Shown here: one piece after another, positions 1 to 11,750 of the stretch
Layout: each line of letters opens with the position of its first letter
How positions within the stretch are numbered: the first letter of the stretch is position 1
Source: Anthoceros angustus
Taxonomy: Eukaryota > Plantae > Anthocerotophyta
Length of the DNA: 64,000 bases
NCBI GenBank assembly: GCA_010909165.1
Contig: MU008162.1
Location: 496,001-560,000, forward strand
Reading direction: 5' to 3'
Program-made: the position numbers and the translations under genes
The notes under the pieces: model-generated
The model's database searches: none
The model's input: the letters and a program-made list of their open reading frames with translations, nothing else
Told to the model about the DNA's origin: nothing

Positions 1-2718
1 ACGCTGGTGGAGATCCCACCACTCGGATAACAGCAAGTCGACGAGCCATGTGGAAGGCGTCCTTGGTCTTGTGGTGGATCACGGGTTGAGGGGCAACAGC
101 GGCCTTGAAGCCAAATGCGTGCAGGAATGGGTGTCAGATATCGGTATGCAGCCGCCCACCTCACTTTCTCTCTTCTCAAGCCTGAGTCTGAGGCTGCCAC
201 ACTCACTTACTTACCTTTTGTGTTTGAAGGATTTGGGTGTGACATACTTCAGTGCCACTGGCCTCATGGTATGCCTGCCCAACCGCAACTGCAGGAAGCT
301 GCACGTGACGCCCGGTACCAGAGCTGCCTCTCTTGCTTCAGCCAGGCATGGAATATCATTCTCCTGCACCCAGTCAGTCATCTCGGTTACCCCTTCCACA
401 CGTGGTCTGCAGATACACCTTGCTTCAGCAGAAATGCGAGCTCAACGGCATCCCTATCTTGCTGACGGCACATCATGCTGATGACCAGGTATGAGTCGTC
501 AAGGATCCTAGGAGCCAGTCATCAGCCCACGCCGGCTGCCTCACATTGCTGATCCCTTGTTCTCCTGCAGGCTGAGCTCTTCGTCATGAGGTTGTCGCGC
601 AAGAGCGGTGTAGCAGGGCTTGCAGGTATGGCTTTTGTATCTGATCTTGCCCCCCGTTTGGATCCGGCATGCTCAGGACCTCAAAATGGCGTGCTCCTCA
701 TCAGGCCATTACTCGACTTCAGTAAGCAGGACTTGAAGGATGTGAGCCCACAGCGCATGTGCTTGGCAAACCCTGTTTTCTCCAGGGAGAGGTGTATCCT
801 CTCAAACTCTTGTTTCCGGTGCCTGGCTTTGTCAGGTTTGTGAGGAGGTTGGTCAGAGCTGGGTGGAGGATCCGACAAATGCCAACCCAGCCTTTCTTAG
901 GACCCGTGTTCGTGAGGCCTTGAGTAAGGCGCCTCCTGGTAACAAGTCTCCCTCTCTGACAAGCTCGCTTTCCTTTTTTTCCCGGATATTTTGGATAACG
1001 TCATGTTTTTTCCTGGATAACCTGGGTATCCTGTGCTTTGGATAACACCGTGATCATGTTTTTTTCCGGATTATATGGATAAAATCATGTTTTCTTGATA
1101 ATTTGAGTATCATGTGTTTTGGATAACACCGTGATGACTCATCTGAGTGGTGTAGTTTTCAAGGAAGAGTTAGCCAAGTTCATCACTTCTTGTCGAGAAA
1201 CACGGGAAATCCTGGACAGGGCCAGAGACAAACTGCTGTCGGAAGCCGTGAAAATCTCCCAGGTAGCAGCTAATCCTCACTTGGGTCAGTGTGTGTCTGT
1301 CACCGACGTGCTTATATGTGGCACTCGACGTCTGTTTCGGCAGGAGTTCGGTTATGCCACTCTAGATATCGGAAAACTTGCCGCGAGTAATGCAGACGCC
1401 TCAGTGCAGTTCAGGGTGGTGGTGGCAATCCTCCAGGCAGGTATTCAACTTGGCCCGCTCGTCCTGTTTCGGAGGTAATGAATTTGGACGGTTGCATCGT
1501 GTCTTACACCCAGAGGACTGGCTCGGCATGGTTACAGTATGTGGGGCAGAAGGACAAACCTCCCCGAGGCAGGATTGTGCAAACGTTGCTTGACAAGATG
1601 CGTGGAGGAAGGATGAAGGTGTGGTACAGTTTGCCAACCTTGATATCACTCACCTGCTTTCCTTACAACAAGCGCTCAGCTTGCAACACACATAATCTGG
1701 TGACTGCTGCAGGGAGCCTTGGAAGCAGGAGGATGCTTCATATGTGCTGCTCCAGGCACCAAGGGATCAGTCGTCATGTTCACCTGGTCCCCTGACAGCA
1801 CACAGCCAGTCTTGTCACCCTTCAGACAACATCCACCCCTCCTGGGCACACTGGGCAGCGCGGCTGCATCTGACGCGCTCAACGAAGCAAGGCAGCGCAA
1901 GGCAGAGATCCTGTCAGAGGTCTCCCGACCCACACAAGACATGACTTCAGAACCCAACTTCCTCCCCGACACCAGGTTGCCAGGCAGCCACAGCTCCATC
2001 CTAGAGAAAGCGAGGAGCCTGGGGCTCATCTCAGACTCCACAAAGGCATCACTGGACTCACTCACCACTGAGACCTCAAAGGACATGCAGAATTCCCCCA
2101 AGGCCCCCCATCCAGCAGCAGCCATCTCCGACCCCCGAGAGCTCTGCCTGGGAGACGCAACCTACGTCTGGGACAGGTTCTGGGTAACTTTGGGCAGCAA
2201 ACAAGCAGGCAGCCCTCAGGTTGACTTCTCTCCATGTGACTGGATTGTGAAGAATATGTCTGCCCAGGTACGCCCGTTCCAGGAGATGGACTGGCTCTAT
2301 CTCTCTCAGGTTGGTGCCACGACTCCAGGGGACGGGGGTCCTAAGCCCAACACCGGACTCCATCTGCCAACATGTCACTGTCATGGTCATGGACCCAACC
2401 TGGCCCCCTGTGCTTCTTACACGATAGCTAAGGCCAGGGAAGCCCTTCGTGCTCTGAAGCGAGTTCCTCTTCCTGCCCGACGCGCTTTACCGGCTTTGGT
2501 GACTTCTTCAGGCCTGCTTCTCTCCGTCCCTGTAAGTACTGTTGCTTTCCTCCCATGCCTTTCTTCTTCCCTCCCCAAACCCAGCATCATCAAGTAATTA
2601 CACAGGTCCCTGACCCTGTTGACAGGCCATCGGCTTCCAAAGATGCCCGTGGATTGACGCAACAGCGAAGTACGGTCCCAGACACCCACTAGGGGGAGGC
2701 ACAGCCTCATGGAGGTAG
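1..2718 (+). CDS. RSY3: tRNA(Ile)-lysidine synthetase (plant TilS/RASPBERRY3-like), multi-exon, 5' end outside window
   Basis: Spliced exons give LVVDHGLR (2-143), QEAARDAR|Y (230-313), LLTAHHADDQ (413-488), AELFVMRLSRKSGVAGLAGM...LIRPLLDFSK (571-741) and WVEDPTN..F.RTRVR. The last exon ends AIGFQRCPWIDATAKYGPRHPLGGGTASWR* at 2718. GT-AG introns. Confidence 0.92.
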
Positions 2719-3794
2719 ATGTGTGGTCTGAGCGGCCCATCCAAGTTCCAACAAGCACTGTGTAGTAAACTACAGTTCTGAACAGCGAAACAAGTATCTG
2801 GGAGTTTTTGCATGTCGAGGACCCCACCGTTCAACGCAGAGCCTGAGACCACCTGGCAGGGGAGGATCCCAGAAGCATCCATCTCGACGGAGGGCCGTTC
2901 TCGCGGACGGAATATGCGAGTCTCCTCCGTTAAGTCCTGTTCGGCGGCAGTTCCGCCAGAACTTGAGGGCCCGTCCGGCGGAACTGTGTGCAGGTTCATA
3001 GGAAAGGTCCATCGGCCTGGGTCAGAACGTCGCCCTCAAGCTCCTCTGCGGCGGGAGACGGACCGTGTTCCTCCGCGACCCCTGAACTGCCCAGTGCCCT
3101 CTGCTTCTATTGTAAACAAGGACAGCAAGATTCAGGAGTCAATGCAAAAAAGCCTTGACTCCCAGGTGGCCCCTATATCCTAAGGAAAGCTCGTCTCTCG
3201 TGTAGACTTGGCATAGATCATAAATTCTGACCTCCTCTTTGTCCTTCCTTGCTCTAGACCCCACCGCTCCCTTCTGCACCCATTTGCATCTTGCAATGCT
3301 TGCAAATTCTCGAGTTCTTGAAATGAGGTTGCAAATTCTGCGAGGTCTTGAGGTCTTGTGCCGCTCCTGAGGCTCTGCTGAGTGACTGTCCCGCTTCTTT
3401 CTTGGGATCGAGGACAAGAGGGAAGCATTCGGATTTGCCTGAAGTCATTGGATGAATTTGAAGCTGTGATTTGGAAGTAGAATTGCTGTTGCAACAGTGC
3501 CTGCAGTTGGACATTGCAATTGCTCCTGACCGGACTCAGATTGGAATAAGCATTGCTGTTGTAGCAGTGGTAGCATCTGAACATTCCGATTGCTGCACAT
3601 CGAGATCCGATTCGCGGTTTGCATTATTGCTGTTCTTGCTGACTGTATCTGCATTTCAACACTGAGGCCTCACCTCACTGAAGCCATTTGAATCGGATCA
3701 GATAGAGTGGAATTAGCATTGCTCTTGTCACAGTAGCGGTCGCAGCGTTTGAGCGCTCCAATTGCAGTGAGTCCTGGAGCGGATCAAACACCTA

Positions 3795-4980
3795 ATGTCC
3801 ATGGAGGAGAACGGAGATCTGGAGCTGAGCTCCTGCCAGTGGAGCCTGCAGGGCTCCGGGGACGAGCTTTCCAAGAGGAAGCGAGCCGAGCTGGATCAGA
3901 GCCCGGGGGAGAGGGAGAGGGAGTGTCTCAACTTCTTCTACAACCAGCTGCTGGAGGACAGTCAGTACGAGAGCGGGGAGTCCCGCACCAGCAGCATCTC
4001 CGGCTCGGACATGTGGATGAGGCCGCCGCCGAGGGAACTGCAAGAAGCCGCCACTCCCGACGAGCTGCAGCGGGTGGCGCAGATCATCCTGGACAGAAGC
4101 AGGAGCTCCACTGCCGGGGCCAGTGCCAGCCCGTACGGCTCGCCTTCCTCCGCTCTCCAGCGACGCGGACAGCAGCCCGACCAGAGCAGCAGCGTTTCCC
4201 ACATGGCTGCTGGCCGCCAAGAAGCTCAAGGTCGGAGGCCAGACGAGCCAGGAGATGAAGCAGAAGTTCCAGCGATTGATGAAGGCCATGGAGGAATCGG
4301 TGACTGCTGCCAGGCCGAGCTCGGCAACCGCGGCATCCGATCACTCCTACTGGCTGCAGCCGCTCCCATGCGAAGCTGCAGCTCGGATGGAAGTTTTGCA
4401 AGCTCCGGCCGATGAGTGCAACGTGCAGGAGGAGGACGCCATGATGCAGCTGCTGCAGGACAGCATCGGCCATAGCCAGGAGCCGGAGCTGGAGATGCAT
4501 ACGGCAAGGCAGCACGACAGCAACAAAAACAACAACAATGGCGCTGCCTGTCCTCCCCGCAGCTGCGCGGGAAGGAATTACCGGGGCGTGAGGAGAAGGC
4601 CTTGGGGCAAATTTGCTGCCGAGATCCGGGACTCCAAGAACCAGGGAGCCCGGGTGTGGCTCGGCACCTTCGACACCGCGGAAGAAGCGGCGTGCGCATA
4701 CGATCGCGCTGCTTTCAAAATGCGGGGAGCCCGCGCTCTGCTCAACTTTCCCCACCGCATTTCGGACAATCAGAGGGAACACGAATTCGCGCAGCAGCAG
4801 GCTCAGCGCCTGAAAGGCCAATCTGCCCTCACGTCGTCGCTGTGCACGGACGAGAAAGGATTCAGGCATAGCAAGTACATTTCCTGGACGGCCCCAGATG
4901 GCGAGGGGGACGACGCCATGTCCCGTTCTTCTTCTTCTTACGTTTCATTCAACAAAGGTTCGCAATATCTTAGCTGGTAG
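3795..4980 (+). CDS. AP2/ERF transcription factor (ERF subfamily); apparent frameshift near 4150-4160
   Basis: AP2 domain [59 protein letters not shown] in ORF 4123-4980. ORF 3795 (MSMEENG...) reads as its N-terminus in another frame. Confidence 0.85.
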
Positions 4981-5501
4981 TGAGTCACATTTCCAAACAA
5001 ACCGGGCAACTTGCAAATGCCGTTGCAGACGAGCAAGCTGGGAGAATCTCAGCTCCTAGTTCGTTGGTAGTTAGAAACGGCTCCAAACAATCAGCAAGCT
5101 AGAAATTCGCTCTCTTTTTGGTCTTCCTCTAAGTTGGGCCAAATCTTTAATTATTTATATAAAGATTTTATACATAAAAACTAACCTAAAAATATATATA
5201 TTTAATAAAAATTTAGAAATACATAGATTTTTTAGTTCGTCTTATTAATAACTAGGAAACAATCTTTGTGGCGACTTTTTTTTATCTAACATCATATACA
5301 TAACGATATTGTTTATATCAGTATACCTATTTGAAGAACTTATTTTACTAGCACTTTTATGGTATACACTTTTGATATTGGAAGATTGTTTGCTTTGTGA
5401 TAGATTTTGGTAGAGATATTTCATGTTGTAAGAGATTTTTCTATTGCAGATCTCTATGTGGACTTTTGATGTTGAAGTTCAAATTTTGGACAGTGTGGGA
5501 C

Positions 5502-5606
5502 ACTAGGACTTCATATTGTCTCCATCGGGATGATTGTACTATAGGTAGTACAATCTATGAACTAGGACTTCATATTGTCTCCATCGGGATGATTGTACTA
5601 TAGGTA
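5502..5606. repeat. Direct duplication (~45 bp, 59 bp period)
   Basis: ctaggacttcatattgtctccatcgggatgattgtactataggta occurs twice. Confidence 0.9.
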
Positions 5607-6222
5607 TCTATGAACGTAAGACCGTTTTCATCACCATTTATGTGATTATAATAGAGAAGGTGACTTTGTACAATTTAGGATGGGTTCATATTTATCATCA
5701 TTTCTACAAGTACATATAAAAAGTGTGTTCAATTATATGACCGGTTTATATCCAACACCAATTCATGATCATTAAAAGTGAGATCCTACGAATTCTGTGA
5801 TATAAGTTTTTATATTATCTTGACGTACATGATTGTGGAAACATATCTTCATGTCAAAGGTAGATGATAGACTTAATATTTATTTGCTTTCTATTCCATC
5901 ACGATCACTTGATAGACTATACAAGTAAACTAGAATAGTTGAAGAGTCTAGTCGGAACAGACTACAGATACACTACCCTTTCTTTTGTTTTATAGGAGAC
6001 TTAGTTCAGTGTATGTACCTAGCTGACGTAGGTCAGAAATGAAACGACGAAAGACGGTCTGTGGCCACGCGCTCGAGACCATAAAAATGTGGAAAAACAA
6101 ACAATGGAGCTGACATCTCCCCTCCGTCCCCACCCCCGTCCTGTGGGGACGAACCTAGCCCGCCACGATCTTGACCCGCATTACTGTGGAACCTGAACCT
6201 GCTGGCGGTCGTGCGCTGCAAG

Positions 6223-6690
6223 ATGCCTGTCGTTCAACCTGAGAAAGTGATCGAGTCTTTGCAGCAATCTGCCAAGGAATCTGCGTCCAGGCGGGAGATG
6301 CTCCAGGTGACGGCCGATTCCGTGCGCGACTCCGGGAGCCCCTACACGTCAGTCTACCTTTACATGTTGGACGGGGATGGGAAGGAGCTGGTGCTGGAGG
6401 CTTTCAGTGGCCGGGTGACGGAGCACACAAGAATCGCGGTCGGCCGTGGAGTGTGCGGCACGGCAGTGGCCCAAGGCAAGGACCAGAACGTAGGTGATGT
6501 TGCTGCCCGCGCCAATTACATTGCATGCAACCGCTTTACAAAGAGCGAGCTTGTGGTGCTCATCCGCGACGAGGAGGGACGCATCCTCGGCCAGATTGAT
6601 GTGGATAGTGATGTTCTGGATCCCTTCAACGCGGAAGAGGAGGCTGCGCTTAGGAGCGTGGCGGATGCCCTCGGTTCTCTGCTGCCGTAG
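6223..6690 (+). CDS. Single-GAF-domain protein, free methionine-R-sulfoxide reductase (fRMsr/MsrC)-like, type II; intronless
   Basis: 155 aa from ATG 6223. Motifs LVLEAFSG, RIAVGRGVCGTA, VGDV...NYIAC, SELVVLI and GQIDVDS..DPF match the fRMsr/YebR GAF family. Confidence 0.85.
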   Translation: MPVVQPEKVIESLQQSAKESASRREMLQVTADSVRDSGSPYTSVYLYMLDGDGKELVLEAFSGRVTEHTRIAVGRGVCGTAVAQGKDQNVGDVAARANYIACNRFTKSELVVLIRDEEGRILGQIDVDSDVLDPFNAEEEAALRSVADALGSLLP

Positions 6691-7010
6691 AGAGGCTAGC
6701 TCTGATTCTTTGATTTGACCTCGGTGCTTTTGGCATCGCGGCGGCCTACTGTATGTGTGAGAAGGATCCCTAATAACATGCCGTTCTTGAAGATCTCCTG
6801 CATACCAGTTTCAGGTCTTTCTTGTTTGTGCCTATGGAGAGAGAGTTCATTCGGCCAATGCAATTGTAGATATTCTGTTTGTGGCGATTTTCGGATGTTT
6901 AAAGATTAGAGAAAGAGTACAGCGCGAAGATCCGCACACCAGAGCAAGCCTGGATGGTACAGACAAAGACGCATGAGAGAAATCCTCAGCATATGATCAC
7001 ACAAGATGTG

Positions 7011-7230
7011 CTAACCAAGGACGCGTGGTGTGGATGGGCAAAGGGAACCCGGGAGATCTTCAAGATGGATGCAGGAAATGCATCCCTTTGCAAAGGGAAC
7101 CCGGGACCAATCCTCCTCCTGTTCAGACATATATAGAGGCAGGGTAGCGAGCAAGTTCTTCTAACCAACGACGCAGAGTGTGGATGGTCGAGAGCAAAAG
7201 GAACCCGGGACCACTCCTCCTGTTTGAGCA
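7011..7230. repeat. Degenerate direct repeats
   Basis: gcaaa(a)gg(g)aacccggga x3, ctaaccaa.gacgc..tgtggatgg x2, ctcctcctgtt x2. Confidence 0.7.
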
Positions 7231-9201
7231 GGTACCCAGCAAGTACTTCAACCGACCGACAAGGGAGGATCACATGGACCCATCACGTGCTCCCAAGGGG
7301 ACTCTAAGATATTTTTGCCTATCCCGAGAAAAGGATGTCTGATTTCAAAAACGTCCGGGTTAAACATCAGGCTTTCCCTGGGATAAGTCCATAGCAACGA
7401 TTTTCCGAGGTTTCCTTGCTACTCCAAGAACGAGTTCCTGAATAGGCAGCATAATACAAGGTTTTCAACTGGCGGGCCAAATTTCGACAAGGTTCTCATG
7501 AAGTAGGCAGCATTAAGAGACATCCTCAGTCCCGGCATCAGAAACATCAGTAACGGCAACAGTGCTAGACAGCTTGTATATTTGTGCACTCGGCCTTTTT
7601 ATAATAGTGGAGCGATTTTTTTTGAGAAACCTTGTAGATCCTACCTGCTCTGGCTTCCTGTGCGGCTTCAGGAAAAGCTAAACTAAGGGAAACGTACCAG
7701 CCTTTGGGTTCACTTCAGTTGACGATGGTTCCGTGTCCAAGTTGGAATTGCGGATTCTATCAGCGCACGTATCTTCCCAGGAACCAGAAACTCTATTCGG
7801 AAAAGAACGCGGACCGCGAAACATTACAAACACGGTCTTCAGAATTGAATAAAAAAAATGGTACACGGCTGGCCCAGGCAAGCAGGCACGCGCTATTTGA
7901 GCGTGAGTCTGCCAACAAACGGGGCAGGGATTAGGGACCATTCCCGCCTGGAATTGCCCTGCAGCTTGCCGACAAACTCGCTTCTAAGGGATACGTACTG
8001 GAGATCTGACAAAGAACAACAAGTGCACGCCCCTCAGACTATGAGATAGACCGGATGCTGCCAGCGACGGTACTTTGCACGATGACTCGATTGCTGCCAC
8101 CGTGAGTGGAGCAGAATACATTTTTTGCACTTTGTGCACCAGATTGGCCAATCTAACACCAGACTTCTCCGATAAACATCCAAGTTCTACACCGCAAGGA
8201 CGATGCCGCGGAACGGCATTATGTACCCCTGAATCCTTGGTTTTGCGGGACCGCAAAACTCCAACCGCGTCGCGAATTGGTGTGTTCATGTACTCTTTGA
8301 GATAACCTGGGGTTGAGAGCAAGTGCTTTCTCGTGGACAGCAATTGACCGGGTCCAACACTAGGTTTCTGATTCTCATCCACCGTTTGGGCCTTGGCTCG
8401 ATTTCGGCTCATCCGATCCTGATCAGTCAGATGAGTTTCGATATTCTAGCCTCTCCACCTGTTTTGGCAACCTACTTCTGCAACCGAGGCTGATCATCGT
8501 CATGAGAATGTTTGTGAGACATGTGATGTGTGATTGCGCACTGTGCACTTAGCAGGATTTTGTTTGCAGGTCTTGCGGGTAGCCGGATGTTTGACGGGGT
8601 CATGGAGTTCTTTCTGGAAGACTGAGGGTTTGGGCCGTATGGTTGGGGAGGAAGATGGTCGGCGTGAAGCCTGGATGGCCACATCTGCACGAGCACCTTT
8701 GCTTGTCACGTGAGTGAGTTTGGTGACCTAAATGGTTGTACACGATCACACACTAGTCGGTTGGAGACTGCAGGAACGTTTTTGTGCGGGTGGTGTTCGA
8801 TTCTTCGATTGTGTTGTACAAAAGAAGCACGTAAGGTACACCAACTTGTACTGCCCAATGCGCCGAGTGCGTGAAGGATTCTATTGATTAACAGAAAATT
8901 CCACCGAAGACATCCCTCCCGAGCTGGAGTGCAGCAGGTGGCAAGTTCGGGATACCTCATTTCCGGAGATGCAGAGCTTTAGACTGATCTCGGCTACACA
9001 ATAGTATGTGACACGGGCAACTTTTGACTGAAAATCCTCGTCAACATCTGAATGGCATGCTCTCCGGAGACCTCTTCGATCTTCTGGCTCGCCCACCGAA
9101 GACTGAACTGTCATCATCCCAGAATGGTGGAAAGGGCACGAATTGAGACGTTTGGAGGATTGAACCTCTCCCCACCACGGACGGCGACATCTGGGGCCGT
9201 T

Positions 9202-9397
9202 GGGGGTTATGGGGCTGATTAGCGCGGGGGTACGCTGGCCTGGTGCCCCGTCGTGGTTGTCCCTTTCGCCGGGGGTTATAGGGTAGATTAGGGCGGGGGC
9301 ACACTGGCCTTGTGTCCCGTCGTGGTTGTCCCTTTCGCCGGGGGTTATAGGGTAGATTAGCGCGGGGCACGCTGGCCTGGTGTCTCGTCGTGGTTAT
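9202..9397. repeat. 69-bp tandem repeat (~2.8 copies)
   Basis: Unit gggggttatagggtagattagggcgggggcacactggccttgtgtcccgtcgtggttgtccctttcgcc; reads NLPYNPRRKGQPRRDTRPVCPRP on the minus strand. Confidence 0.9.
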
Positions 9398-9504
9398 CCA
9401 TTTTGCCTCGGGCTAGATGGATTTTCGATCTCGTTTTTTTATAAAGTCTCCACATTCTTTCAAGTTGAGTTGAATTTAGAGGATTATTAGTTTGTAAATT
9501 CATA

Positions 9505-10010
9505 TTTTTAATTTATTTATTTTTATTTATTTTTATTTATTTTTATAGATAAAATAAAGACTTCATAAATATGTAAAGTTAGTCCAGGCCTGCAATTGTC
9601 TACCCAGAAGCTACCTACCGCCCTCAGATTAGGTCTGAAGAAGTGCCTAGTTCCCATTGGAGTTGAAGATTGCGCGTCTCCCAAGTTCAAAGTTTGTCTT
9701 GAAAATTGCGTTTTCCAATGCCCTCTGCAGGGGATAGAAACACTTTGCTGGATGAAAGCCATCACACAGTATAGGGGAAGACCTACTCCGTTCTTACGGA
9801 TATGGTAGGCTTTAGCACAACCCTTATAAACCTTGAAGAATCCTTTTCACATAGCCCATGATTCTAAATAGCAAGGGGAATGAAAGCATGGCCTTCCTGT
9901 ACTTGTGAATCTTGGTCATCGCGCAACCCTCGCTACCCAACCTCGAGAGGTGACGATTATATGCTCACATACGGTATCGGGTAGGGTATGTTACAACCAC
10001 ATTTGCAACA
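9505..10010 (-). mobile_element. 3' fragment of a non-LTR retrotransposon with restriction-like endonuclease (CRE-like) and A-rich tail
   Basis: Broken-frame translation KIHKY..EGHAFIPLAI*NHG..KD..RF..CAKAYHIRKNGVGLPLYCVMAFIQQSVSI.LQRALENAIFK. An (AAAAATAAAT)n tail lies at 9505-9545 on the minus strand. Confidence 0.7.
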
Positions 10011-10139
10011 AAGACTTGGTCTTCCCGGACAAAAATAAGTCAACTATGAGAAAAATGCCAAAACTAAGTCAGCTCTAAAGCGAATGTAATTAAGCAAGGT
10101 ATATGGGCGCTCCTTGAGAGAAAAGAATCTTGAAAGGAA

Positions 10140-11750
10140 AGAATCTGTTTTCTTCAGCCAATGAGAACAAGACCTCCCGGATAGTGTCGTGTGCAGATCT
10201 CCTCAGCCTGAAAGAAAAGAATCCACTCTCTTTAGATATTGAGAACAAGACTTCATGGACGGCGTCGTCCCAGCAATCTATGATTATTGTTGATGATTAT
10301 AGTCGCTATACTTTTGCTATTCCGCTCCAGTTAAAGAGTGACTCCTTGGGCTTATTTTCTCCTTTTGTCACTATGGCCGAGTTGCAAATCGGTTGCAAGC
10401 TTTGGTGTATAAGATTTGACTATGCAAGGGAACTTAACAATCGTCAGTTCAAGGACTTACATGTTGAGAGGGATTCTCCAGGCAATTTACGGTTCCTTAT
10501 ACTTCTCAGAATGGGGTTGCAAAAATGACCAACGGCGACTTACTCGCCATGGCCCGCGCCATGCTAGCTTGCGCTCAACTCCTAAACCCTTCTAGGCCAA
10601 AGTGAATCTTGGTCATCGCAAGAACCCTCGCTACCCAACCTCGAGAGGTGACGATTATATGCTCACATACCAGATCGGTAGGGTATGTTACAACCACATT
10701 TGCAACAAGACTTGGTCTTCCGGACAAAATAAGTCAACTATGAGAAAAATGCCAAAACTAAGTCACTCTAAAGCGAATGTAATTAAGCAAGGTATATGGG
10801 CGCCTTGAGAGAAAAGAATCTTGAAAGGAAAGAATCTGTTTTCTTCAGCCAATGAGAACAAGACCTCCCGGATAGTGTCGTAATGATCTCCTCACCGAAG
10901 AAAAGAATCCACTTTAGATATTGAGAACAAGACTTCATGGACGGCGTCCAAAGAATCTATGATTATTGTTGATGATTATAGTCGCTATACTTTTGCTATT
11001 CCGCTCCAGTTAAAGAGTGACTCCTTGGGCTTATTTTCTCCTTTTGTCACTATGGCCGAGTTGCAAATCGGTTGCAAGCTTTGGTGTATAAGATTTGACT
11101 ATGCAAGGGAACTTAACAATCGTCAGTTCAAGGACTTCTGTGTTGAGAGGGGGATTCTCCGACAATTTACGGTTCCTTATACTTCTCAGCAGAATGGGGT
11201 TGCAAAAATGACCAACGGCGACTTACTCGCCATGGCCCGCGCCATGCTAGCTTGCGCTCAACTCCCTAAACCCTTCTAGGCCAAAGCTGTGAATACTGTG
11301 GCATATCTGCGCAACAGGGTACTCTCTAAGTCAGTTCCCAGCCGGACTCCATATAAGTGCTGGCATGGCAGTAAGCCACCTATTACTCATCTACATATTT
11401 TTGGATGCCCCGCCTATGCTCTTATTCCTTCTAAGCTTCGGGACAAGCTGCAGGTGTTTTGTTGGCTATGGTGAGGATCGTAAGGCTTACAAATTGGCTG
11501 ACTTGGTTACCCATGCTATTGTATATGCTCGCACTGTCACCTTTGATGACGCTTGGTTAGCACCTAGTCGTTCTGTATCCGTGGACACTGCTCCGGCTCT
11601 TCAAAACGATGTTGCTACTTCAGACTCAGGTGATATTATGCTTGAGTCTCTTACTCAGCCCTCTGTTTTCCCTGACTCCGGTCCTTTAGTAATTCCTGCT
11701 CCATCCCTGGCCTCCCCATTGCTGGACACATGGACGATATTCTTAGACAG
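10140..11750 (+). mobile_element. Ty1/copia integrase fragment (core to C-terminal part), partly duplicated
   Basis: MIIVDDYSRYTF...IRFDYAREL...FTVPYTSQQNGVA...AMARAML..AQLPKPF*AKAVNTVAYLRNR...HLHIFGCPAY...CFVGYGEDRKAYKL. Segment 9905-10601 is repeated at 10602-11288. Confidence 0.9.
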
